64,000 nucleotides of DNA from contig CAVPCQ010000016.1 in the NCBI GenBank assembly GCA_963702425.1, positions 160,001 to 224,000 of the forward strand, read 5' to 3'. Source of the stretch: an uncultured Acidobacteriota bacterium (lineage in GTDB: Bacteria; Acidobacteriota; Polarisedimenticolia; J045). Numbering within the stretch: position 1 is the first letter of the stretch; each line of letters begins with the position of its first letter. Shown piece after piece: positions 1-7,674 of the stretch. Below the pieces are notes generated by a model. That model was given only the letters and a program-made list of their open reading frames with translations. It had not been told where the DNA came from and made no database searches. A program made the position numbers and the translations under genes.

Positions 1-228
1 CTCGCGGACCGCAATCAGGTCCTCCTCGCACGGGGACCCGCACCAGCGGGCCACGAAGACGACGTAGGTGATCCCCGGTCGGCCGGACAGCGCGACCTCC
101 TTGCCGTCGACCGTCTTCAACGACGGGGGCGGCTGGGCCGCGGCCGGAGTGCCGGCCAGGAGTGCCAGCGCGGCCAGCACGGCCAGCACGGCCGCGGTGA
201 GGGCGGGGACGCGGTCGCGCGCGCTCAC
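1..228 (-). CDS. Exported thioredoxin-fold (TlpA/redoxin-like) protein, 5' part only; runs off the window edge
   Basis: Manual translation from GTG at 228, which overlaps the ccdA stop (GTGA): signal-like ALTAAAVLAVLAALALLAG, then KTVDGKEVALSGRPGITYVVFVARWCGSPCEEDL; lies downstream of ccdA. Confidence 0.6.
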   Translation of the reverse strand, partial: MSARDRVPALTAAVLAVLAALALLAGTPAAAQPPPSLKTVDGKEVALSGRPGITYVVFVARWCGSPCEEDLIAVRE

Positions 229-986
229 AGGAACTGCCACGCCTTGGTGAAGAACCAGATCCCGATCGCCAGCATCACCGCACCGGTGAGCTTCTTGAGC
301 GTCACCATCCAATGCCCGGGCCGCGGCAGCGAGGCGGCGAGTCCCGAGCTGACGCCGAGCAGCAGGAACAGCACGCCGAGGCCGAGGCTGAAGACCAGCA
401 TCGCGATCGTCCCGAAGACGACGCGGCCCTCCCGCGCGACCATCGCCGCCAGCGGGAAGACGATCGGCGCCGCGCACGGAGCAGCGACGATCGCCGAGGT
501 CGCCCCCATCAGCAACGCGCCGAGGCTCCCCTCGCGCGGCCCGGAGCCGAGCCGTTGCAGCAGGAAGGTCGGCACCCGGATCTCGAACAACCCGAGCAGC
601 GAGAGCCCGAACACGGCCAGCACGGCGGCCACGATCGCGTAGCCCCAGAAGCTCTGCGTCAGGCTGCCGAAGGTCCGGCCGGCCAGGATCGCCGCCAGGC
701 CGAGCGCGGTGTAGACGACCGCCATCCCGAGGACGTAGAGCAGCGAGCGCCCCAGCACGCGGCTTCGGCGCGACTCCTGGCTGGCGCCGGCGGCAACGGC
801 AGCGGACTCCGCGCCGCCCATGTACGCGACCACGATCGGGATCATCGGGTAGACGCACGGGGTCAGGGACGTCAGCACGCCGGCGGCGAAGAAGATCAGC
901 AGCGCGAACGGGTCCGAGGCGCCGCTCAGGCTCTGCGCCAGCCGATCCGACAGGCCGCCGATCCAGCTCTCGAACGTCTGCAGCAC
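225..986 (-). CDS. ccdA: Cytochrome c biogenesis / disulfide interchange membrane protein (CcdA, DsbD transmembrane domain)
   Basis: GVLTSLTPCVYPMIP and AAPCAAP motifs, about 6 TM helices, C-terminal LPRPGHWM. Confidence 0.85.
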   Translation of the reverse strand: MLQTFESWIGGLSDRLAQSLSGASDPFALLIFFAAGVLTSLTPCVYPMIPIVVAYMGGAESAAVAAGASQESRRSRVLGRSLLYVLGMAVVYTALGLAAILAGRTFGSLTQSFWGYAIVAAVLAVFGLSLLGLFEIRVPTFLLQRLGSGPREGSLGALLMGATSAIVAAPCAAPIVFPLAAMVAREGRVVFGTIAMLVFSLGLGVLFLLLGVSSGLAASLPRPGHWMVTLKKLTGAVMLAIGIWFFTKAWQFL

Positions 987-989
987 GCG

Positions 990-1319
990 CTACGCCCCCA
1001 GGATCCGGTCGAGCATCTTCATCCACGCGTCGCGCGGCTGGTTGCCGACCGCCTGGTCGACGATCTGGCCGTCCTTGAAGAGCATCACGGTCGGGACCGA
1101 CATGACGCGGAAGCGGACCGCGGTCTGGCGGGCGTTGTCGACGTCGACGCCGACGAACTTCACCTTCCCCGCGTAGTCCTTCGACAGCGACTCCAGCGTC
1201 GGGGAGAGCATCTTGCACGGGCCGCACCAGGTGGCCGAGAAGTCGACCAGCACCGGCGTCGGGGACTGCAGTACTTCCTTCTCGAAGCTGTCGTCGCTCA
1301 CCTGCGGCAGGTTCGCCAT
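990..1319 (-). CDS. trxA: Thioredoxin
   Basis: ATG at 1319; PVLVDFSATWCGPCK active site, VMSVPT; 109 aa. Confidence 0.95.
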   Translation of the reverse strand: MANLPQVSDDSFEKEVLQSPTPVLVDFSATWCGPCKMLSPTLESLSKDYAGKVKFVGVDVDNARQTAVRFRVMSVPTVMLFKDGQIVDQAVGNQPRDAWMKMLDRILGA

Positions 1320-1508
1320 GGGATCGTCGGCTCCTTTCGTTCGGGGATCGCTTGCGGACAACCTCGGGATGATACACCGCGGCCCGCGGCCCGGCCCGCC
1401 GGTTCCCCGAACCCCCCGCCGTCCGCGGCCGTCTCGGTTGCCCCGCCGTCGTCCGGAACCGACCTTCTGGAGAGAGCCGGGCGCGAGCCCCGGCTTCGTG
1501 GAGCGCTC

Positions 1509-2198
1509 ATGCCGGTTTCCCGTTGTCCGCAGTGCGGCGCCGCGCGCGACGTCGAGAAGCCGGATTCGCTGGCCCGCTGCAGTTCCTGCGGTGCGCTGCT
1601 GGCCGACGGCGCGGCGAGCGGCACGCTCGTCGCCCGCGCGCGGTTCGCACCACACGAGGCGCGCCTGAAGGTCGCGCGCGCCCTCTCGGCCCGCGGTCGC
1701 GCCTGGCTGCCCGGCTCGCCGGAGCTGGTCCTCTTCCCGTTCACCCCGACCGGCGATCCGCGGCAGCCTTTCCGCCCCCTGGCCGCCCTGCCGCCGCTGC
1801 TGGGTGGCGGCTGGCGGCCCGCCGGGGCCGATCTCGCGCGCGATCCGCACGCCGGCCCCGCGGCCGGGGAGCCGGCCCGCGAGACGGGGCCGCGAGCCGT
1901 CGCCTCGTGCGCGGTCGCGGCGCCGGCGCTGATCGTGCAGTACCCGCTCTACCGGGTGCCTCTCGAACACGGCGACTTCGCCTCCGCCGCGTGGTGCGAC
2001 GGGGTCGATGGCCGCGTCGTGCTGCCTCCCGAGCTGGCGGCGCCCGAACCGCCGACCGGCGAGCTGCGCCTCGGGCGCTGGGTCGCGCTGGCGGCGGGGA
2101 TCGGCCTGGCCGGCGGGATGCTCCTGCCGTTCCCGGCGTCGGCCGTCGCGGTGTCGGTCGGCGGCGCGGTCCTCTGGTGGGCCGCCGGGCGCCGGTGA
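1509..2198 (+). CDS. Double zinc-ribbon membrane protein A (hypothetical)
   Basis: MPVSRCPQCG...RCSSCG, WCDGVDGRV motif, two C-terminal TM helices; this is the C-terminal part of track ORF 312..2198. Confidence 0.65.
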   Translation: MPVSRCPQCGAARDVEKPDSLARCSSCGALLADGAASGTLVARARFAPHEARLKVARALSARGRAWLPGSPELVLFPFTPTGDPRQPFRPLAALPPLLGGGWRPAGADLARDPHAGPAAGEPARETGPRAVASCAVAAPALIVQYPLYRVPLEHGDFASAAWCDGVDGRVVLPPELAAPEPPTGELRLGRWVALAAGIGLAGGMLLPFPASAVAVSVGGAVLWWAAGRR

Positions 2199-3238
2199 GC
2201 GATCCCGCCCCTTCCCCCGCCCTCTCCTGCCCCCGCTGCGGCGGCTCGCCCGACCCGGAGGGGGGCCCCGGGTTGCTCGCACGCTGCCCCTCCTGCGGGG
2301 TGCTCGGCCGGATCGAAGGGGACGAGGCGCGCGGACAGGTCGTCGTGCCGGCCAGGCTGGCCGCGGGCGACGCGCTGGACCGCCTGGCGGCTGTGCTCTC
2401 CGAGCGCGGGCTCGGCGAGCTCGCGGTCGAGCGGCACGAGCTGGTCTACGTCCCGTACTGGCGGATCGAGACCACGCTGGCGGGGCGTATCGAAGGCGAG
2501 CGCCGCGTCGTGGTCGAGGAGATCAAGCAGGTCTTCGACGAGCAGGGGGCGCGCCGGCCGATCGTGCGCCGGCGCGACGACGGCATCGAACAGGTCGTGA
2601 AGGAGGTCCAGGAGCTGCACGTCGCGCTGGTCTCGGCCTGTCCGCTCGAGGAGTTCGGGCTGCCGGCGCTCGACCGGAAGCGCCAGATGGCGGGCGAGCT
2701 GGGCCTGCGGCGGCGGGCCGATCTGCTGGGCCCGCTCGTCGTGTTCACCCCCGCGCTGCGCGAGACGGCGACGGTGCTCGATCCGATCGTCGGCCGCGAG
2801 CGCGCGCAGGACGAGGCCCGCGCGATCGTCGCGCACCGCGCCGAGGGGCTGGCCACGGGGCTGCTCCCCGGTGCGGAGGTCGACATCGAGCGGCTGGGCG
2901 AGGACGCGACACTGCTCTTCTACCCGGTGCGGCTCGTCTGGTTCCGCGCGGCCGGCCGCCCGGGGCAGGCTGCGTTCGACGCCTCGACCGGCACGCTGGT
3001 CTCGCTGCGCACGGCCGAACCGTTGGCCGCGGGCCTGCACCGCCGCGCACTCGGGCTGGCGGCGCTCGCAGCGGGGTTCGTGGTCGGCGGCCTGCTGCGG
3101 GTCGCGGCGCTCCCGCCGCCGATCCTGGACGGGGGCGGGATCAGCGCGGGGATCGCCTTCGTCGCGCTGGCCCTCGGGGCGGGTGCGTCGTGGGTCCTCA
3201 TGCGCGTCGTGCGCCAACTCGCCGCGGAGGCGCCGTGA
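2195..3238 (+). CDS. Double zinc-ribbon membrane protein B (YdjG-like architecture)
   Basis: GTGA overlap with upstream stop; SCPRCGG...RCPSCG, LVYVPYW, LLFYPV, FDASTG motifs, two C-terminal TM helices. Confidence 0.7.
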   Translation: MSDPAPSPALSCPRCGGSPDPEGGPGLLARCPSCGVLGRIEGDEARGQVVVPARLAAGDALDRLAAVLSERGLGELAVERHELVYVPYWRIETTLAGRIEGERRVVVEEIKQVFDEQGARRPIVRRRDDGIEQVVKEVQELHVALVSACPLEEFGLPALDRKRQMAGELGLRRRADLLGPLVVFTPALRETATVLDPIVGRERAQDEARAIVAHRAEGLATGLLPGAEVDIERLGEDATLLFYPVRLVWFRAAGRPGQAAFDASTGTLVSLRTAEPLAAGLHRRALGLAALAAGFVVGGLLRVAALPPPILDGGGISAGIAFVALALGAGASWVLMRVVRQLAAEAP

Positions 3239-3753
3239 GCGCGCCGCGCTTCCTTCCGCTGGCCTGCCCGCGCTGCTCGGACGACCTCGCGGGGCGCGCG
3301 GTGGACCGGGTCGCGTTCTGCCGGGCCTGCGGCCGCGCTTACCGGGTCGATGGCGGCGCCCTCGCGGACCTGCCGGCCCGCCGCGTGACGCTCGCGCCGC
3401 CAGGCGACGGGGCGTTGCTCGCGCTGCCGTTCTGGCTGCTCGGTCCGGTCGCGATCCCGGCCTTCCTGGGCGCACGGCCGCTGACGCTGGCTCGGATCGC
3501 GACGCGGGCGCTGTCGGCGTGGCCGACCGCGGAGGGGGTCGAATCGCCGCTCCCCTTCGGCGCGCGTGTGCCGCCCGGCTCGGCGCCTCAAGTCTGCCGG
3601 TTGGCGCGGCTCGCGGCCCCCTCCGCCGGCGCGCCGCTCTCGCTCCTGGCGGTCCCGGCACGCGTCGAGGGGGGCCGGTTCCTGCTCCCCGGCGACGCCG
3701 GCACGCTCTACCCCGACGATCTCCACGAAGGCCGCCTCCTCGCGCAGCCGTAG
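3235..3753 (+). CDS. Double zinc-ribbon protein C (hypothetical)
   Basis: GTGA overlap; LACPRCS...FCRACG, LALPFW; the TAG stop is part of the first REP GTAG. Confidence 0.65.
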   Translation: MSAPRFLPLACPRCSDDLAGRAVDRVAFCRACGRAYRVDGGALADLPARRVTLAPPGDGALLALPFWLLGPVAIPAFLGARPLTLARIATRALSAWPTAEGVESPLPFGARVPPGSAPQVCRLARLAAPSAGAPLSLLAVPARVEGGRFLLPGDAGTLYPDDLHEGRLLAQP

Positions 3754-4050
3754 GGCCGGCCTCCGTGCCGGCCCGCTCCTCGCATTCGTGCTTCTCGCGC
3801 AGCCGTAGGGGCCGGCCTCCGTGCCGGCCCGCTCCTCGCATTCGTGCTTCTCGCGCAGCCGTAGGGGCCGGCCTCCGTGCCGGCCCGCTCCTCGCATTCG
3901 TGCTTCTCGCGCAGCCGTAGGGGCCGGCCTCCGTGCCGGCCCGCTCCTCGCATTCGTGCTTCTCGCGCAGCCGTAGGGGCCGGCCTCCGTGCCGGCCCCT
4001 ACGGTTCGTTGCCGCGCGCGCTTCGGGCCGGCACAGAGGCCGGCCCCTAC
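3739..4050. repeat. GTAG-family REP cluster: five tandem REPs at ~56-bp period plus one inverted copy
   Basis: GTAGGGGCCGGCCTCCGTGCCGGCCC (GTAG plus GGGCCGGC-N6-GCCGGCCC hairpin) at 3750 (one G short), 3805, 3861, 3917 and 3973; inverted copy at 4025-4050; sequences between the tandem copies are identical. Confidence 0.9.
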
Positions 4051-4083
4051 CGGCATCCCGGTGCGCGCGCTACGCTGGCGTGC

Positions 4084-5530
4084 GTGAAGACCGCCGACCG
4101 ACCGGGAACCGTGCTGCACCTCGACCCGTTCAGCGGGGCCGCGGGGGACATGTTCCTCGGCCTGCTGCTGGACCTGGGTCTCGACCCCGCCCTGCTCGCC
4201 GCCCTTCCCGCACGCCTCGGCCTGTCGGGGGTCGAGGTGCGGACCGAGCGCGCCGCCCGTGGGCCGTTCGACGCCGCGCGGGTGCGGGTCGTGGTGCGCG
4301 GGCAGGAGGAAGAGCCGGCTGAACCGGCCGACGACCTGCTCAACGGCGACGGCCCCCCGCACGTTCACGCGGACCACGGCGATCACGATCACCGCCACGG
4401 CGAAGCCGTGCGTCAGCACGGCGAAGCCGGGCACCGCACGGCGAAGCCGGGCCCGCCACGGCGAAGCCGTGCATCAGCACGGCGAAGCCGGGCCCCGCCA
4501 CGGCGAAGCCGTGCGTCAGCACGGCGAAGCCGGGCACCACGCCGGCCGCCAGCTGGCCGGGATGCTCGCCGCGTTCGAGCGCGCCGCGCTGCCGCCGCGA
4601 GCCCTGGCGCGCGCGCGCCGCGCCGCCGGCCTGCTCTACGCCGCCGAAGGGAAGGTGCACGGCCTCCCGGCCGAGGAGGTCCACCTGCACGAGGCCGGCG
4701 CCGACGACGCGCTGGTCGACATCGCGGGGACCTGCCTGGGGCTCGAGGAGCTGGGGATCGATCGCGTCACCTGTTCCGCCCCGGTCCCGCTCGGCGGAGG
4801 CGCGATCCGCTGCGCGCACGGCGTGCTGCCGGTCCCGGTGCCGGCCGTGGTCGAGCTGCTGCGCGGGGTCCCGGTCGCGGGCGGCCCGATCGCGAAGGAA
4901 CTCGTCACGCCGACCGGCGCGGCGCTGCTGGTCGCGATCGTCGATGCCTTCGGCCCGCTCCCGCCGCTGACGATCGTGCGCGTCGGCCACGGGGCCGGCG
5001 GCCGCGACGACGCGGCGCTGCCGAACGTGCTGCGCGGCCTGCTGGGCGCGGCGCTGGAAGAGGTCGCGCGGACGCGGCAGGTCGCGGTGCTGGAGACGGC
5101 GCTCGACGACATCCTGCCGCAGGATGTCCCGGTGCTGATCGAGCGGCTGCTCGCGGCCGGCGCGCGCGACGCGATGGTCGCCCCGGTCCAGATGAAGAAG
5201 GGGCGCCCCGGGTTCCACCTGACCGTGCTCTGCGACCCGGGCGAGGAGCGCCGGCTGGCCGGCATCCTGCTGCACGACACGCCGACGCTCGGCGTGCGGA
5301 TGCGGATCGAGCGCCGCGTCGAGTGGGACCGCGACGTCGTCGCGGTCGAGACGCCGTGGGGCCCCGTCCGCGTCAAGCGCGCCATGGACACGCGCGGCCG
5401 CGTGCTGCGCGCCCAGCCCGAGTTCGAGGACTGCCGCCGCGCCGCCGACGCCGCCGGCGTCACGCCCGACGCCGTGCGCCGCGCGGCGCAGGCCGCCCTG
5501 GGCGAGCCACCGGCCGAGGACCCGAAATGA
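4084..5530 (+). CDS. larC: Nickel pincer cofactor biosynthesis protein LarC (frameshifted in His-rich repeat)
   Basis: LHLDPFSGAAGDMFLG in one frame; EGKVHG, VHLHEAGADDALVDI, CAHGVLPVPVPA, ELVTPTGAALL, MKKGRPG, QPEFEDC in the frame of 4259..5530. Confidence 0.85.
4396..4540 (+). repeat. Seven tandem 21-nt units encoding HGEA-xxx heptads inside larC
   Basis: CACGGCGAAGCC-N9 repeated seven times; two units are 20 nt (145 = 147-2 nt), which accounts for the frame change. Confidence 0.85.
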
Positions 5531-7611
5531 CCGCCCGTCGCTCCTTCTACGTCACGACCCCGATCTACTACGTCAACGACCTGCCGCACATCGGCCACAC
5601 CTACACCACGGTCGTCGCCGACGCGCTGGCGCGCTTCCACCGCCTGGCGGGCGACGAGGTCTACTTCCTGACCGGGACCGACGAGCACGGGCAGAAGATC
5701 GAGCGCGCGGCGGCGAAGCGCGGGATCGCGCCGCTGGCGCTGGCCGACGAGGTGGTGCTCAACTACCGGCAGCTCTGGCCGGCGCTGGCGATCAGTCACG
5801 ACGACTTCATCCGCACCACGGAAGCGCGGCACAAGGCCGGGGTCTACGAGCTGTTCCGCAGGATCCGCGAGAAGAGCCCCGACGCGATCTACAAGGGCAC
5901 TTATCGCGGCCTCTACTGCACCGGCTGCGAGGCGTTCTACACCCCCGCGCAGCTGGTCGACGGAAAGTGCCCCGAACAGGGCCATCCGGTCGAGGAGGTC
6001 GAGGAATCGTCCTGGTTCTTCCGGCTCTCGGCCTACCAGGACCGGCTGCTCGCGCTGTACGACCGGCAGCCCGGGTTCGTGCTGCCCGAGACGCGGCGCA
6101 ACGAGGTCCGCGCCTTCGTGGCCTCCGGGCTGCGCGACCTCTCGATCTCGCGCAGCAGGGACAAGGTCGGCTGGGGGATCCCCTTCCCCGGCGACCCCGA
6201 GCACGTCGTCTACGTCTGGTTCGACGCGCTGACCAACTACCTCTCGGCGCTCGGCTACGGCTCCGACGACCCGCGCAAGGTCGCGCGCTACTGGCACAAC
6301 GAGCCGGGGCACACGGCGCTGCACCTGGTGGGCAAGGACATCCTGCGCTTCCACGCGGTCTACTGGCCGGCCTTCCTGATGGCCGCCGGCGAGGAGCTGC
6401 CGCGCACGGTCTTCGGCCACGGCTGGTGGCTGAAGGACGACGCCAAGATGAGCAAGACGACCGGCAACATCGCGCGGCCCGGTCCGCTGCTCGAGACCTT
6501 CGGGGCCGATGCGCTGCGCTGGTTCCTGCTGCGGGAGATCCCGCTCGGGCTCGACGGCTCGTACTCCGACGAGGCGGTGCTGGAGCGGACCAACTCCGAC
6601 CTGGCCAACAACGTCGGCAACCTCTACTCGCGGGTGCTGGCGCTGATCGAGAAGAACGAAGCGGGCGTCGTCCCCGCCGCGGACGGCGCGCCGGCCGACG
6701 CGGTGCTCGACGGTCTGGCCGCCGCGGCGCGCGCGGCCTACCGCGCGGGGTTCGAGACCCACGACCCGTCGGCCGCGCTGCGCGCGGTGACCGAGTGGGC
6801 CGACGCGCTGAACAAGTACTTGGTGCGCCACGAGCCGTGGAAGCGGCCCGGGCGCGAGGCGCTGACCGCGGGGGTGCTGGGCGTCGCCGCGCAGCAGCTC
6901 GCGCAGATCGCGCTGCGGCTGCACCCGGCGATGCCGGTCGCCGCCGCCCGGCTGTGGCGGATGCTCGGCCTGGGCGAGGACCCGGCGCGCGAGATCGCGC
7001 CCGGCGTCGACCTGCTGGAGCTGGAGACGCTCCCCGTCGCCGGCCGCCGCATTGGCGCCGGCGAGGCCGTCTTCCCGCGCCTCGACCGCAAGGCCATCTT
7101 CGGCGACGTCGCTCCCGCTGCTGCGCCCCCCGTGGCCTCCTCCGGCGCGCCCACTGTAGGGGCCGGCCTCCGTGCCGGCCCGCCCACTGTAGGGGCCGGC
7201 CTCCGTGCCGGCCCGCAAGAGGCATCGACCGTGTCCGACACGCCACCCCCCGCCCCCGCCTCGCCCCCTTCTCCGCTGCCCGACGGCCTGATCGCGATCG
7301 ACGAGTTCTCGAAAGTCCAGCTGCGCTGCGCGAAAGTCCTGGTCTGCGAGCGCCACCCGAACGCCGAGAAGCTCCTTCGCCTCGAAGTGGACCTCGGTGG
7401 CGAGACGCGGCAGCTCGTCGCCGGCATCGCCTCGGCCTACCGGCCGGAGGACCTGGTCGGCCGAACGATCATCGTCGTCGCCAACCTCAAGCCGGCCAAG
7501 CTCCGCGGCCTCGAGTCGCAGGGGATGCTGCTCGCGGCGACCGGCCCGGACGGCGTGCCGCACGTGCTGGGGCCGGACGGCGAGGTACCGCCCGGGTCCA
7601 AAGTGTCCTAG
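5527..7611 (+). CDS. metG: Methionine--tRNA ligase with C-terminal tRNA-binding (Trbp111-like) domain
   Basis: ATGA overlap with larC; YVTTPIYYVNDLPHIGH, GTDEHGQK, YVWFDALTNY, GKDILRFH, KMSKT, C-terminal NLKPAKLRGLESQGM. Confidence 0.95.
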   Translation: MTARRSFYVTTPIYYVNDLPHIGHTYTTVVADALARFHRLAGDEVYFLTGTDEHGQKIERAAAKRGIAPLALADEVVLNYRQLWPALAISHDDFIRTTEARHKAGVYELFRRIREKSPDAIYKGTYRGLYCTGCEAFYTPAQLVDGKCPEQGHPVEEVEESSWFFRLSAYQDRLLALYDRQPGFVLPETRRNEVRAFVASGLRDLSISRSRDKVGWGIPFPGDPEHVVYVWFDALTNYLSALGYGSDDPRKVARYWHNEPGHTALHLVGKDILRFHAVYWPAFLMAAGEELPRTVFGHGWWLKDDAKMSKTTGNIARPGPLLETFGADALRWFLLREIPLGLDGSYSDEAVLERTNSDLANNVGNLYSRVLALIEKNEAGVVPAADGAPADAVLDGLAAAARAAYRAGFETHDPSAALRAVTEWADALNKYLVRHEPWKRPGREALTAGVLGVAAQQLAQIALRLHPAMPVAAARLWRMLGLGEDPAREIAPGVDLLELETLPVAGRRIGAGEAVFPRLDRKAIFGDVAPAAAPPVASSGAPTVGAGLRAGPPTVGAGLRAGPQEASTVSDTPPPAPASPPSPLPDGLIAIDEFSKVQLRCAKVLVCERHPNAEKLLRLEVDLGGETRQLVAGIASAYRPEDLVGRTIIVVANLKPAKLRGLESQGMLLAATGPDGVPHVLGPDGEVPPGSKVS
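7149..7214 (+). repeat. Two in-frame 33-bp REP-containing units within the metG interdomain linker
   Basis: GCCCACT plus REP twice (GTAG at 7156 and 7189), translated as PTVGAGLRAGP twice. Confidence 0.9.
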
Positions 7612-7674
7612 TGCCGTCTTTGCCGCGCCCCGGGGGCTTGTGTTCCGGCCCTGGCCGCGGTACCAGAGGGGGCC

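Noticed and set aside
3750-4002. CRISPR array
   Set aside because: Intervening sequences are identical rather than unique spacers, the repeat is a GTAG REP, and no cas genes are present
4430-4460. Programmed ribosomal frameshift in larC as in L. plantarum
   Set aside because: Different position, no slippery heptamer, two separate 1-nt losses in repeat units, and many similar indels elsewhere in the window
3877-7611. 1244-aa LarC-MetG fusion protein
   Set aside because: Artefact of the larC frameshift: most of larC is in another frame and metG has its own ATG overlapping the larC stop
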